From positions 4,960,001 through 5,024,000 of the forward strand of contig OZ024750.1 of the NCBI GenBank assembly GCA_964016885.1: 64,000 nucleotides of DNA, in the 5' to 3' direction. This document shows positions 12,704 through 26,890 of this stretch, in pieces. Positions within the stretch are counted from its first letter, which is position 1. Every line of letters begins with the position of its first letter. The stretch is from Eledone cirrhosa (Eukaryota). The notes beneath the pieces were generated by a model. The model saw only the letters and a list, made by a program, of their open reading frames with translations, was not told where the DNA came from and searched no databases. Both the position numbers and the translations under genes were made by a program.

Positions 12704-15700
12704 AAGGAACGAAAACTAGAAATCTTAGAAAGGTTTTAATTTCTCTCAGTTAGGAATACATAGACATAAAATCAACAAATAGACAACAACAAGAGAAATA
12801 TTAGGAATTATTTGCCGGATAGAAAGAAAAATCAGCCACCGAAGTTTTCAATTAATTGTAATAAGTAATTTTTTAGTAGGAATTTCGAAATTAACTCATT
12901 TTCATGTTTATTAACAGTTTATAAGATTAGTATGATTTGAGAGAGATTTGGCTACTATTTCTACCAAACCGAGTAGAAACAACTATAAACATGTATATAT
13001 AAACCAGATCCGTCTACAGTTATTGTATTACAATACTATTTTACACAGTCAATTTCTAATAACAACGAGTCAGGAGATTGTTTAGAACAACTATTGCTGT
13101 ATTCCTCCCTGCCTTTCTCTCTCTCACACACTGTTGTCAGTCTCTGCTAGTATAGTTTTCAATCTTTACATCTATTTTCTATCCTAACACCAAAGTCCTT
13201 AAACAATTCGCAGTAAATTTGAAGTATCTAAAATTATAGGTTCACCCTATAATTTCTAATGGATAATTCTAAATATGTTTTATAGACTTGAATTTAAAAG
13301 AGGACCAAAAGTATAAAAAATGGGGGGGGGGGGGGGGGGAATCTATCTCGAAATTCCAAATAATTAAATTTACTAAAAGATATATAAATATAACGTTTAA
13401 TAGACCCAACTTTCCAAGTGAGATAAAATAACGACAAAATAAATGTTTTAATTAGTTTATACATGTCGTGACGGTTAAACTCTAAAGGTTTGTCCTGTAA
13501 AATAACTATGAGTAATAGAGCCTGTATTCTGTAGCATCCGAAATAACTGTTGTATGTTTTAAAACATTAGGAGTGTATTTTCAATTCATTCATTTGACTC
13601 TTTCCTTATCATATTTCTAAAGATTTCTAGAATTTGGAAAGTTTTAGTAATATAGCTTTCTTCGTCACTTAGTTGGTGTTGGAAATAAATTATCAAAAGT
13701 TCTTGCATAAAATTGAGATGGGAAGTTTTTAGCTTAAATATATATATATATATTTTAAAATAAAAAGCTTTGCATCGTTTAACGAAAGGCGGTTTCGGGG
13801 GATTTTGGTATCAAAAGGGTCTAATCTCAGATATTTGTATTAATTGAAGATCGTAAGGAAGATTTCCAAATCCATTTTTGGTAATATCCAAGCATCGAAG
13901 CTTCATTATGTGTTGGCATCAAACAAGATATTTAGATAGTTAGAAATTGGAGAAAATGTATTGAATTAGTAATTAGTTTTTAGAGTCAAGTATCACGATT
14001 TATTAAATTAAATTTATTATATTGAATAACATTTAGATTTTTTTAAATATTATATTAATTGATAAATTTTCTAAATATATTTTACCCAACTTAACACAGC
14101 TCATATGATTTTATATATATATATATATATATAGTGGTCGTAGGCTCGAGTCCGAACGAAACCACTTATCGTAGTAGTCTCCTTAACTCGTATATTAGTT
14201 TTTCAACCAAGTCCATAAAACCACACCTTTCTGTCTTTAAAAAAACAGGACATCTATATACAGAGATTAACATAATTTTTAAAAGGTTCATTTAATATCA
14301 ATAGGTAAAACCCCTTAAACCACCCCTGATTTTTCTGATTAAAAAAACCTTAGTGTTTATATTTATCTAAAAACCTTCTATCATAATTTTATCTAAGAAC
14401 TTTTATGTTCCAAACATCTTTAACTGATAAAAGTTATATTACTAAATACCTCCAAATTCTTGGTTTTTTTTCAAAATTATTTAAAAATCATAGACTTTGT
14501 ATCCCCGAGAAAATACGAGAACTAGCTTTAGTTTTCTTTTTTAATTTCATTTATTTTTTTGCTTTCATTGGCAATTATCGAAATATCAGGGTATAAGTCA
14601 AAATATTAGGGTATACTTATACAAAAGTCGAAACGGGGTGTACTTATACAAAAGTCAAATAATCAGGGTCTACAAAAGTGTCAAAGTGAAACTGTATTTT
14701 GGCAAAACTCTAAAAGAACAAAACTTCCGGTTTGTATGAAATTCTATGTTGATCTTATACATGCAATGGAGGTTAAATCTGCCGGTGGTTAAATAAAAGG
14801 AACCAGATTCTGTTTCTTTTGTATTTAATGGAATATTTTGTATAAATAATTGAAATATTAATAGTATTGACTATATCGGTCTCGTCTTACGTTGGAACAA
14901 TATAAGAAATACATCAAGCCAGCTAAGGAGTTATTATACTCCATTCAATTCCTTAAAAACGGTATCGACATAAATAGAACGATATTAGTAGCTTCTACTG
15001 GGGATTGAACCGGGTATCTAGTGTTACCTATGGTGAAAGAAACATCACGGAGCAGAAAAATACACCCAAATCTAGATTTTAAAACTTCCATAAAAATTTA
15101 TTCTAAAACCCTCAGTTTGGTTATATACAAATATATTTCTATCGGACTTTATTGAAATGTTTTAGTCATGTAAGCTGAACAGTGGGCGAGATTATTCCTC
15201 TCTACATTCCACTCAGTAGAAATCTAATTTATATTAATAATGGTAAATAATTTCAGAGATAATGGTTTCTAAAATAAGCACAAGACCAGAAATCTGTGTG
15301 AAAGGGAGGGGCGGCAGTCTAATATATCAGCCACAATACTTGATTAATACTTAATTTTAACAACTTTGGAAGGACGAAAAGCAAAGTTGACCCGGAAAGA
15401 TTTGAACTCAGAACGTAAAGCGTTGGAATAAATACAGCAATGTAGTTTTTAACAATTCTAGCAATTCAACTCAAATTTCGGGAATATGAAGAGCAAAAGG
15501 AAAATATTCGTGTAAATCAAGCAACCCTTAATATTTTATTGAGATTAGATCATTAGTGATACTCGCCAATGGCTAAATTGAACGATTTTTTTGTAGAGAG
15601 GAGCATATTACATTTTAGTCCAAAGTTAAGTTATTACCCCTCCTAGACTTAGGAAGGATTTCTTTAGCTAGTAAAGTTAAAGCAGTTGACACCTAGAAAA

Positions 15701-15734
15701 AAATTCTGTCAGCTGGAAGTTCCAAAGGCTCGGG

Positions 15735-15938
15735 TTAACCTTTTTGATGTCAAACCACCTGAAAAGTTGTTTGATTTAAAGTGTTTATCTAAAAGCCTTC
15801 CATCATAATTTTCAGTCAGGATTTGTTCCAAACACCAGCTTAAAACTGAGTAAGTTTTATTACGAAATCCCTTCAAATTCTCGATTATTTGAAAACCACT
15901 GTCGATGTCTTTCATTAAAAATATGGTAACGAAAGGGA
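15735..15938 (-). mobile_element. piggyBac-like MITE copy
   Basis: TTAACCTTTTTGATGTCAAACCACC ... ATATGGTAACGAAAGGG; reverse complement of the family. Confidence 0.55.
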
Positions 15939-16269
15939 CTTTGAAATATATAAGTTGTATTGTAGTACAATATATGAAAGCCTTTTAATTACAAGAAGAA
16001 AAATCTATTCTAATTTTAATATCTTGACAGCTATGTAGGTCTAAAACCATGTACAGTACGTTAAAAATTAGAAATGTCAAAATTAGGACTCAAAACATGT
16101 CTAAATTAGGGCACAAAATGTGTCTAAATTAGGACACAAGGACGCTGAGACATTATTTAAGTTTATATTTAAACTTGAACAATCCTGATAAACACGTCTA
16201 TTGAGAGAACGATAATGTAATTCAATCAAAGAACTGATAGTTCTTCCGCTTTCGGTCTCTTTGGAATGG

Positions 16270-16440
16270 ACCTCAGTCGGTTTCGACGATGATTGTTCCA
16301 GTTGTTTGATCAACGGAACAGCCTGTTCATGAAATTAACCTGCAAGTGGCTGACCATTCCACAAACATGTGTACACTTAACGTAATTCTCAGGGAGATTC
16401 AGCATGACAGTGTGGCAAAACTGGTCCTTTTGAAGGACTT
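16270..16440 (-). mobile_element. SINE family B 3' body fragment
   Basis: CTCCCTGAGAATTACGTTAAG...GTGGAATGGTCAGCCACTTGC; related copies 21225-21475, 45930-46050, 46730-46945. Confidence 0.55.
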
Positions 16441-17000
16441 CCACAGTTAACGCCTGCCAAATTTCACCCACAAGGTCACAAGTCATGGGTCGACCTGAAT
16501 CTATGATAAACGACACTTACCCCGTGCATTTATGTAAGAAGGTAAATCAAAACCAATTACTACACCTGAGAAAATATTTCGTTCTTTTTTTCGTTTTTAA
16601 TCTTGTCAAAAGGTATAATAAAAATGGGGTGGGGTGGGAGAGCTTACTTGGAGGAGTTTGAATTAAAAAAATGTTTAATGTTCAATTTTAGAAACGCCAT
16701 AAAAGTTCAAATTAATTCCAAATTCCGTCTGGTTTATCAAATAGCCGCTCCCCTCCCTACAATAATCACCAAACAAGGTAGTTTGAGGTTCCTATACGGA
16801 TTCTTCCCCTCTACTTCCGGTGACCCATTTACACCAAATCTTTGGAATATATTCTATCTAAAGACACGTAAGATTTCCACATGACAAATATAATTATCAA
16901 ATTTAAAAAAAATCTATTTTAAAGACTTTTTACCAGAAATAAAGATGCAATTTCAGCTAGTTTTTTTTTAGGAAGGTGGGGTTCTTAATTCTAACATTTT

Positions 17001-17240
17001 TTACCCTTTCGCCACTATATTTTTAGAAAAACACTGTCTATGATTTTCAATTCATTTTGAAAATAACGAAGAATTTGGATGGATTTAGCAAAATAACGAA
17101 TTTTTTCATTAAGTTGATAACATAAAGGTTCCTACTGAAAATTTGATAGTTTTCAAAGTCAAATATAAACATTTTAAAATAAAGATTTTGTATCATAAAC
17201 ACAGGGGTAATTTCAGGCGGTTTGGCGTTAAAAGGGTTAA
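17001..17240 (+). mobile_element. piggyBac-like MITE copy
   Basis: TTACCCTTTCGCCAC ... GGCGTTAAAAGGGTTAA terminal inverted repeats. Confidence 0.6.
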
Positions 17241-18514
17241 ATCTTTATTTACTAACTTCAAAGACACGAGTTCTCTCCCATTCTGCTATAGATAGTTAGG
17301 AATATGGTCAGGTCAGCTTAGTAATAACTTTATATATATCGGCTATGTCATTGTTCGACAACCCCCTAGTGTTGGTGTGTTACAATAAAATACACCCCAA
17401 ACACTCTGTAAAGTGTAGGAACGTATTTGAGAAGGGTGGCTCTGATTGAGTGCTTATTTGGCTTGCAATGACTCGTCCAACCCATGTTACCAGTGAAAAA
17501 CGGACGTTAATCGATGGTGGTGATAATGATGATAATGATGAATATATTCGTCTTACTGAGGTTGATAATCATCTCGTTCGTAATGCGTTATTTTCGAATG
17601 TCTATTCATGGATTGTAAAATTAGTTGTCAGGCATAATTCTAGTTTACAATTGTGTCATCGTGTTTCTTCCTCATTCCGTAAAGAAAACTGATGACACAG
17701 TTTCAATATCTCTAATGCTATTTATTCCTGTTTAAGTTTAAATTTGATATGCTTCGTCCCATCTCAATTTATCACCCGTTATTTCCTGTTTTATCAGATT
17801 TAAAAAAAATCTTGAACTAGAAAAATATATTTATGGTGAAATAATAATTATTTTTAATAAAGCTATATATGGACTCATATACAACTTATGTATATCAAAT
17901 ATATAAATAGTCTTGCTGTGAGTATCTTAAACTGCGATCATGTCACCTCTACCTCAGTACCAACGATTCATATACAATAGTGTATATGTTTATGTATAAT
18001 AAATGTATATTTAGTCACATTGAGTATTTTAAGTTGTGGTCCTATCACACCTACCTCAGCATTATTTTACGTAAACATATTATATATATATTCATATACG
18101 CATTTAGTCTAAATCACGCAGTGTTAGTATTATCACTAAATCTTTATAATGATTTCAGTTTTCTTGGTTAAACTGTGGGTTTATCTTGATTCTACCCTAA
18201 ACCTAATTAACCCTCACTATGTTCTACTGCCCTTCACACCTTTCGTCAGCCAATGTCTTAATTAAAACATTCTCCTTCCCCTCTCCAGTATTTGACACAA
18301 TTATTTGGAAATCAGCGAAGAGCAACCGTCAAAGATCGGTATTACATTTTATGCCATCTCTAGTCAAAGGGATGAAAACTAATATTAAAAGAAACTGCAG
18401 TTCGTTTTAAATTTCACAAAACCATATTTTAAGGCCCCTGTATAAAATGACTCAGAAAAACATGCATATTTCTATAAACATATAGACATCTAAGTGTGTC
18501 TCTACCAGAACATA

Positions 18515-18727
18515 TTAACCCCTTCCTAACCATATTTCAAATAATTTTGAAAATAATAAAGAATTTAATATAATTTTCTGCTTATTTATCTCGTGTTTGG
18601 AACATAACAAAGGTTCTTACATAAACTTATGATAGAAAGTTTTAAAATAAATATAAACACTTTGAAATTAAGTTTTGTATCCTAGAACCAATAGTAGTTT
18701 CAGATTGTTTGGTATCAATAAGATTAA
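18515..18727 (+). mobile_element. piggyBac-like MITE copy
   Basis: TTAACCCCTTCCTAACCATATTTC ... TTTGGTATCAATAAGATTAA. Confidence 0.55.
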
Positions 18728-18924
18728 GCTGTTTTGAAATATAACTTATAGATTCTTACAAAAAATTATGATGGAAACTGTTTATTTATATTCCAATCAA
18801 AACGTTCTCATTTTTAACACAGATTCTAAAGACATGTATAAATAATATTGTACGTCAATTCTTGAAACGATATACAGTGTATGGGTAAAAATAAATAGGA
18901 ATTTTGAAATCAATATGCCTAGCA

Positions 18925-19108
18925 TTGGTGAATTAGTATCAGTAGAGGGTCGGACGCCATGCTTTCCAGCATAGTTAGGTCCCTTTACGATCTGAGTTCA
19001 AATCCCGCCGAGGTTGACTTTGCCTTTCATCCTTACGGGGTCGATAAAATAAAGTACCAGTAATGCACTGGGTAATTGCTGGCCTTGTGCCTAAAGTAGA
19101 AACAATTA
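18925..19108 (+). mobile_element. SINE family A
   Basis: Full consensus match with B-box GAGTTCAAATCC. Confidence 0.9.
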
Positions 19109-19605
19109 TGAGAAAACAACTACCTATTAAAGAATATTTTGGTAGCGACCAAAGTTCTGAAAGTCCACCCTCCTTCCTGTCACCCCACACACCTCCAATA
19201 ATCACCCAGCTGTTGGTTGCTATAGTTTCTACATAACATTGAAATATTCCTACGACACAATGCTTGAAGGTTATGTGTAATAAATATTTATATCTGACTC
19301 GGTATATACAAATGTGAGTGTGGGTGTATATAATACACGTGTTGTTAATAAAACAGTATTTTATAACATAAATGAATGCTCGGTCTATGGTCGACTGAGT
19401 TTCTGTGTAGGTGTAGTAAATTTTGTAGTTTAAGTGGGACATCGAGATGTGGAAAGCTTTGTTAAAAATTGAAAGGATTTGAACAATACATTCTGCCAAT
19501 TTGCTTAGGAGGAGGACAGTATTGGCTTGACTTGTAATGACCAGTCCAACCCATCCCAACATGCACACACACGTGTGTGGGTGTGTGTGTGTATAAGTTT
19601 ATCCC

Positions 19606-19700
19606 GGGTTCAATCGGGTGTAACCACAGTAAGGTACTCAATACAAAGAGTATAAATATTTAATATAGAAAAGGCTTCTACAGGACTAGAATTGTTTCAT
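19606..19700 (-). mobile_element. Microsatellite-flanked short element family H4, 3' half of hammerhead-like motif
   Basis: Minus strand GAAACAATTCTAGTC-CTGTAGAAGCC...TTGAGTACC; homologous to 45270-45385. Confidence 0.45.
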
Positions 19701-21928
19701 ATATATATGAATGTATGTAATATATATAGATATATACACACACATACACACATTTGTGTGAAAATAATGTTCGAGTCATTGAGCTCTTCAATTAATAAAG
19801 ATGGTCTGATGTTGAGAATAATTTAAATGTTAGTCAGTGAAGGAATTGTAAAGGTTTTATACGTTGTTAAATTTATAGTTTTAACAATGAAATGAAGACT
19901 ACATATTTCTGGGGAGCGGAGTGTTTATACAAAATAATTTTTGGGGCGGTAATTTTTATACTATATTCACTTGTAGCAGTAGCATGGTTGTGTTTACCTG
20001 CATAGCCCCCTCTCCTCTCTCACACGCAGACGAATTTTAAAATTCAGGTTAACATCGCAATTGAATGTTTTGATAATAAAAATAAAACGAATAAAACGAT
20101 TGTATTCTGTTCAATAAAGACATATTCCAATCTATGTATATATATATTATATATTTTTGTGAATAAAGATTATTTAAATATATTCCTGGCTTTCTATAAT
20201 TTTTTCATTCTTAATAATGTTCTCATCTTTTACCAAAAACTTTCATTTTTATTTTACTAGTTTTCATTATTTCAGAAAAAAAAAAAGTTTATATCCTGGT
20301 GGCCAACCCATTTTCCAACTGTTGTCATTTGATAGCTTGTTGTTTAGAAAGGAAGTGTCAATAGTTGACTGTATGAAGTGTTACCGATGTGGTTCACAAT
20401 ATCCTAAAGACATCCATTAACTCAGTGTTGAGATGAACAGCAATCATTACCAGCCTTGATTTAACCATTAACAAAATATACACAAGTTTAGGGTCTCGAG
20501 TAAAGAAGGGGGTCACATATACCCTGTTACTCTTACGTGTTCCAGCCGAAAGGCTGAGGCCATGCTGGGGCACCGGCAGTTTTATTTTTAGTGCCAAGTG
20601 TGCAATAGACTGTTTTGTAGTTGAACCAAGGCTGACCTGCAATTGTTTCGGTGCTTGGAGCCTCTAAAAGTTCTAATGCGGCTCCGATCACTACACGTTT
20701 TATATTCCGTATCAGTATGTCTCGTTGTACCTCAACGAACCATGGAGGTTTAAAGACACGTGTAACTAGAGGGATTAACGTGAGAACAAAGATGGTGCTA
20801 AGAGTAGCCTCCAACAGCAGCAGCAGCTACGATATTATACATGCTGATTGTTGTTTAATGTTAGGTCAAACCTAAACCAATGGATGACCGTCACATCTCC
20901 CCCCCATGTACTAGGAACATTATCAAACGTACTTTTCTAAGACAGAAGAATATCATTTTAGAGAAGCCTGGCTGCTATTTCTAGCAAGTCGAGTGATCAC
21001 ATAGCTGATTCTGTTCACGTGACACAGCGTCTCTAAACGACATTGCTCAGAAATTACGAACCAGTAACTTTATAGTTCAATTTAATGATTGTTTCAACCA
21101 ACCTCCAAACAGAAAGAAACAACCAGATTCTTCAACAACAGTTGGAGCTATACCAGTAATTCGATGGTCCAGCTTTGATACAGAATATCTTTCTGGTTCT
21201 GTTTGGGGGATTACATTAAAGATACAACATGTCTGTGGAATACTCAGCCACTTAACACATAATACAAAGATGGGCTGTACCTTGTCATATTGTGTCACTC
21301 TGATTCTGGTAAAACTGTGTTATAGGTACACGTGTCTGTGGAATACTCAGCCACTTAACACAATATAAAGGTGGACTGTACCTATAATTCAAAGATTCAA
21401 CCTTGTCGCGCTAATTCTACCTGAGAATTACGTTGTTTGTTTCAGGAATACTCAACCATTTACACGTTAATTCACAAAGATGATCATTTGATGGAAGAAG
21501 TGAATGTCCATCGGAAGATCCATCAATTAAAATATATTTTATCTATGTTCAGTTCAGTATGAAAGTCAGTTGAAGTGTCTGACATTTTCGAATGTCTTTG
21601 AGAAACCCAGATTCTTCAAGAATATCGTTTCTGTTGTCGATAAGAATCGACCTAATTTTTACAAGTTTTACAATTGTGTCAGTGACCCAGTCGCAAGTAC
21701 TGACGTCACGAAGTAGATGATACGTACAAAGTGAGAATAATAAGTTTGGGTAAAAAAGATAACTTTAATTTACTTCAAACACAAGGTACAGCTAAATATG
21801 TTATTCTAAACTGGATAATTGGGTATAAATATATTTTTATTTATAGTAACTTATTTAAAAATATCATATATTCATATTCAACAATTATTTTCTCAGATAA
21901 AACGCAATATCTTTGACGAAGCATCTGC

Positions 21929-22035
21929 ATAATAATTGTTTCTACTTTTGGTACAAGGCCAGCAATTACTGGTACTTTATTTTATCGGCCCCGTAAGGAT
22001 GAAAGGCAAAGTTAAGCTCGGCGGAATTTGAACTC
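21929..22035 (-). mobile_element. SINE family A, partial
   Basis: 3' two-thirds of consensus. Confidence 0.8.
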
Positions 22036-22656
22036 GTGTCTTATTCTCAGGTTGACAAATGCCTTGTCAGTGGAATTTGGTAAACGGAAATTGCAGAAAC
22101 CAGAGACAATAATTTTATTTATTTTAGATATATTTCTACAAACACCTGTAGAATATCAACGGTAAAACCTGAAGCAGAAAACAAGTTAAGCATTCGCTGT
22201 TCTACTGTTGGTGCCACCCACCACTATTATTGGTACCACCCAGCCCATTCTACTATTGGTCCCTCCCACCATTTACTATTGGTTCCGCCACCACTCTACT
22301 ATTGGTATATAAATAGTAAACCGGATGCAGACATTGCAGAACTAACTAGGTTAACACAGAATGGTGTGTGACGTGATATAGTTACGTATTGCAGACGATC
22401 TATTCCTTAGTGTCTGTAAGTAACAATCTTCAGATTAGTTTCATTATTCCATTTCGAAATAGTAATTGTGTCAACTGCAGTCAGCCCGCAACTTGAAGCA
22501 ATCCAACGATGCTACACCAAGATTTCAGATTCTACTCCCTGGAACGATGCAGTTATATATATATATATATATATATATATTCTTGAATGGAATTGCATCA
22601 ATGTTTTATTGTATGTGTGTATATATATATATATATATATGTATGTATATATAGAT

Positions 22657-23165
22657 GACACTGGAGACTACCTTCGCTTCCAAATACGTCACTGCATAAT
22701 GCCAAAAAATCCTCACCTTCCACCACTAGAGTAAGGACCAAATACTGCAATAACGTTGGGTTCAAGGGCCCACAGTTCTTTAATATCGTACCAAAGACCT
22801 GAGTGTGTGGGGTGGGGGGTAAATATTTTCCAGAAACATCTTGACATTCTGCTGTTCACGACACCTGACGAGACTACATCACAGTCACGACACCTGACGA
22901 GACTACATCACAGTCACGACACCTGACGAGACTACATCACAGTCACGACACCTGACGAGACTGCATCACAGTCACGACACCTGACGAGACGACATCACAG
23001 TCACGATACCTGACGAGACATCACAGCAAACAAATAAACTGAAATGAAAGCAGTAATGTCAAACTCCTTCTTACATCAATAACCAACCAAGGAGGGGCGA
23101 GTAAAGATGTGGTAAAAGTGGTGGTGCTCCAGCATGGCCACAACCTGTGAGGTGGAACAAGTGTA
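22657..23165 (+). mobile_element. CR1-like LINE 3' remnant
   Basis: Degenerate RVRTKYCNNVGFKGPQFFNIVPKDL...LDILLFTTPDE...SNSFLHQ, then tail GGTGCTCCAGCATGGCCAC; tail stubs also at about 4580, 20530(-), 47955, 49661, 61340. Confidence 0.65.
22856..23027. repeat. 29-bp tandem repeat inside CR1 remnant
   Basis: TCACGACACCTGACGAGACTACATCACAG x about 6. Confidence 0.9.
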
Positions 23166-23281
23166 AAGAGTGTCATTCGTGATTCCGGCAGTGTGGAGGT
23201 CTAAAAATACTCAAACTGAATCGAAACAAAAGTAAACTGGAATTATAATTTTTAATTTTAAATCAACAAAGAAAATAAATG

Positions 23282-23420
23282 GATTAGCCGGACTAAATAC
23301 TTAACACGGTTAAAGAGACAGATTAGCCGTACTATATACTTAACACGGTTAAAGAGATAAAATCGCCGGACTAAACACTTTACACGGTTAAAGAGACAGA
23401 TTAGCCGGACTAAATACTTT
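23282..23420. repeat. 39-bp tandem repeat
   Basis: GATTAGCCGGACTAAATACTTAACACGGTTAAAGAGACA x about 3.5. Confidence 0.85.
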
Positions 23421-23539
23421 ACATTTATAAGTTGTTGTTACAGCTCACACCTATACAGGTTTAGCTGGCCTCTTCCAAGGTATATCTCGCTGGAGATGTC
23501 TTGGGTAATTTAATGATAACGACCCCAGTCCTATCATCT

Positions 23540-23682
23540 CATTTCGACAGCTGAGTAAACTGGAGCAACGTGAAATAAAGTGTCTTGCTCAAAGAAACAA
23601 CACATCACCCGGTCAGAGAATTGAACTCACAACCTTTCGATTGCAACCCCAATGCTCTAACCACTAAGCCATGTGCCTTCAC
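23540..23682 (-). mobile_element. SINE family B head and core
   Basis: Minus strand GAAGGCACATGGCTTAGTGGTTAGAGC...GTGAGTTCAATTC...TTGAGCAAGACACTTTATTTCACG. Confidence 0.8.
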
Positions 23683-25169
23683 TGATAAGGGTTGGGGATT
23701 ATTGACAATGAGGGTTAGGATCGAAGCTTAAGGTTACTATGCCTCAGTTTCTTCCTTGTAGCAGGTAATAACATATATACAATGTCGTCATCGTTTACAG
23801 GCGGGTCATGTGGGTTTAGGACACTGACACAACAGCTTACTTACTACAGGTGAGTTGAGGGAAGTGACAATTGTCTGACTCAGAAATGTACACTGGTGTC
23901 ACTTTCATTCACTTATTTAATCGGGTGACATTAGGTAGAAGGTAACATAGGGTAATCAGTTTAGAATAGGTACAACGTATCCTTGCAGGCTCTACTAGAT
24001 GACAAAAATTGTTGGCACAAGGAAGGGCATCCAGCTGTAAAACAGGGCCTTAAAAAGACTCCATGATCACTAGGAAACCTGTCATGGGGACCGTAAGGCT
24101 AACCCCTATAACGCTTGAGTTTTTATTATATTATTAAAGTATTATCAACGAACCAATAAGGAAGCTTCTATGTGGTCGTTCGTCATGCTAAAAATAGCAG
24201 TCAAACTTTTCTCAAATCACACCTTACTTTATAAAAGGGTTGGGGACACATTTTATGATGTAATCTTGGGTGGACAATGCCATAACTGACATACCTTTCT
24301 TCATAGCTCAGCTGGAAGAGGGTTGATCTCTGACGTAAAGGATCACCTGAAGGTACTGACATACCTTTCTTCATAGCTCAGCTGGAAGAGAGTTGATCTC
24401 TGGCGTAGCGGATCTGATAAAGGTGTTGACAACTCGTAAAGTTATGTGTTTGGGAGGAAGGAACAAAACATGTGAAAATAAAATAATAAAATAAGAAATG
24501 AAATGTGGAACTTGCTAGAGTGTAGTGAAGCGTAAATCAAAATATTGTGTAGGTCAGTGCGGAGGTGGAAGGTAGATTTTATTTGGACGGGTGGGGCATA
24601 AGGAAGTCCATCCAGTTCTCAACCAGAATATATAAGTCAAAAGACGACATGCACCCAATGCCATATTATTCGTAACCCTAAAAGACTCCATAAAGGTTAT
24701 GGATCGTCAATTTTTTTTCTTTTCTTTTTTCTTTTTCTTTGTCTTTTTTATTTATGCTGTAGCGAGATGAAAGATTAAAGTGCTAGAGGGCGCCCTGAAA
24801 TATCTAAAAACTTAGGACCCCAGCCATGGATTAATACGATCCTGAGTATATAACTAGATATTTCTAAATCAAGGGTGGTTTGTGGTTAAAATATTCTCGC
24901 CCAGTGATTCTTTCCTGAGACATTCTAACCACATGTCCATAGTATCCCATAGTATAGGAGCTGTGTTCTCTGAATTCGGAGAAGTAGCGGCTCTGCCTGG
25001 GGTGACTCTTTGATTTCCGAGCTATGCACTTTATTGAGTAACATTACTCCAAAGACCCTTCGGAGGAACCCCATTTCGGCTTGTGAATATATTTATTTAA
25101 ATTATATTTATAAGGACACCGAACTTAAAATTGCTCTGATCAGCTCTGTCGTGGGTTAAACAACTAGTA

Positions 25170-25620
25170 ATACAACAACAACAACAAAAACAGTCTCCAC
25201 CACCACCACAACAACAACAACAACGACTACGACAACAAAAACAACAATAACAACAACAGTCACCACCACAACAACAACAGCAACAACAACAACCACAACA
25301 GACACTACCACCACCACCACAACAACAACGACTACGACAACAAAAACAACAATAACAACAACAGTCACCACCACAACAACAACAGCAACAACAACAACCA
25401 CAACAGACACTACCACCACAACAACAACAACAACGACTACGACAACAAAAACAACAATAACAACAACAGTCACCACCACAACAACAACAGCAACAACAAC
25501 AACAACCACAACAGACACTACCACCACCACCACATCAACAACGACTACGACAACAAAAACATAACAACAACAACAACAACAACAACGACGACGACAACAA
25601 AAGCAATAACGACAACAACA
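25170..25620. repeat. (ACA)n/(ACC)n microsatellite with higher-order duplication
   Basis: Directly visible. Confidence 0.9.
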
Positions 25621-25869
25621 ATTATTAATCTTGTTTCCAAGTAGGATGGTTGTTCCACTTATGACAAGATCCTGCTCTGACCAGCAATATGACGTCCACT
25701 TCAGACCTCCTGACGTGGAGATCTCCACTCCTCAGTTATCTACTCTTGTCTACTGTTATAACAAGGCCTGGTCCTTTGATTTATAGGTACCACACAGTAG
25801 ACAGGAGCAACATGAAATGAAGTGTCTTGCTCAAGGACACAGCGAGCCGACGGAAATTTAACACACACC

Positions 25870-26495
25870 TTCACCTGTACTCGGTCACATGTACTCGGTC
25901 ACATGTACTCGGTCACATGTACTCGGTCACAAGTACACGGTCACCTTCACATGTAAACCTTCACATGTACACCTTCACATGTACACCTTCACATGTACAC
26001 CTTCACATGTACACCTTCACATGTACTCGGTCACATGTACTCGGTCACATGTACACGGTCACATGTACTCGGTCACATGTACTCGGTCACATGTACTCGG
26101 TCACAAGTACACGGTCACCTTCACATGTAAACCTTCACATATACACCTTCACATGTGCACCTTCGCATGTACACGGTCACATGTACAAGGTCACATGTAC
26201 ACGGTCACATGTACTCGGTCACATGTACTCGGTCACATGTACTCGGTCACAAGTACACGGTCACCTTCACATGTAAACCTTCACATATACACCTTCACAT
26301 GTGCACCTTCGCATGTACACGGTCACATGTACAAGGTCACATGTACACGGTCACATGTACTCGGTCACATGTACTCGGTCACATGTACTCGGTCACAAGT
26401 ACACGGTCACCTTCACATGTAAACCTTCACATATACACCTTCACATGTGCACCTTCGCATGTACACGGTCACATGTACAAGGTCACATGTACTCC
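25870..26495. repeat. 14-bp minisatellite with 146-bp higher-order repeat
   Basis: Monomers TCGGTCACATGTAC / ACCTTCACATGTAC; marker TCACAAGTAC at 25927, 26101, 26247, 26393. Confidence 0.9.
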
Positions 26496-26562
26496 TCTCA
26501 TGATACATTTAACATCATATATAATTGACATGAGATACGATTCGTATCATATAGTCATATGA

Positions 26563-26890
26563 TATACAGCCCACATGATATACAGCCCACATGATATACA
26601 GCCTACATGATATACAGCCTACATGATATACAGCCCACATGATATACAGCCTACATGTTATACAGCCCACATGATATACAGCCTACATGATATACAGCCC
26701 ACATGTTATACAGCCCACATGATATACAGCCCACATGATATACAGCCCACATGTTATACAGCCCCCATGTTATACAGCCCACATGTTATACAGCCCACAT
26801 GATATACAGCCCACATGTTATACAGCCCACATGATATACAGCCCACATGTTATACAGCCCACATGATATACAGCCCACATGATATACAGA
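26563..26890. repeat. 16-bp minisatellite
   Basis: ATACAGCCCACATGAT x about 20. Confidence 0.9.

Noticed and set aside
14134-15030. tRNA-like fragments (14134, 14985; also 6030)
   Set aside because: No complete cloverleaf; probably decayed SINE heads
22856-23027. Repeated CTGACGA + GACT/AGTC stem resembling tandem hammerheads
   Set aside because: No GAAA core; CTGACGA is the PDE codons of the CR1 remnant
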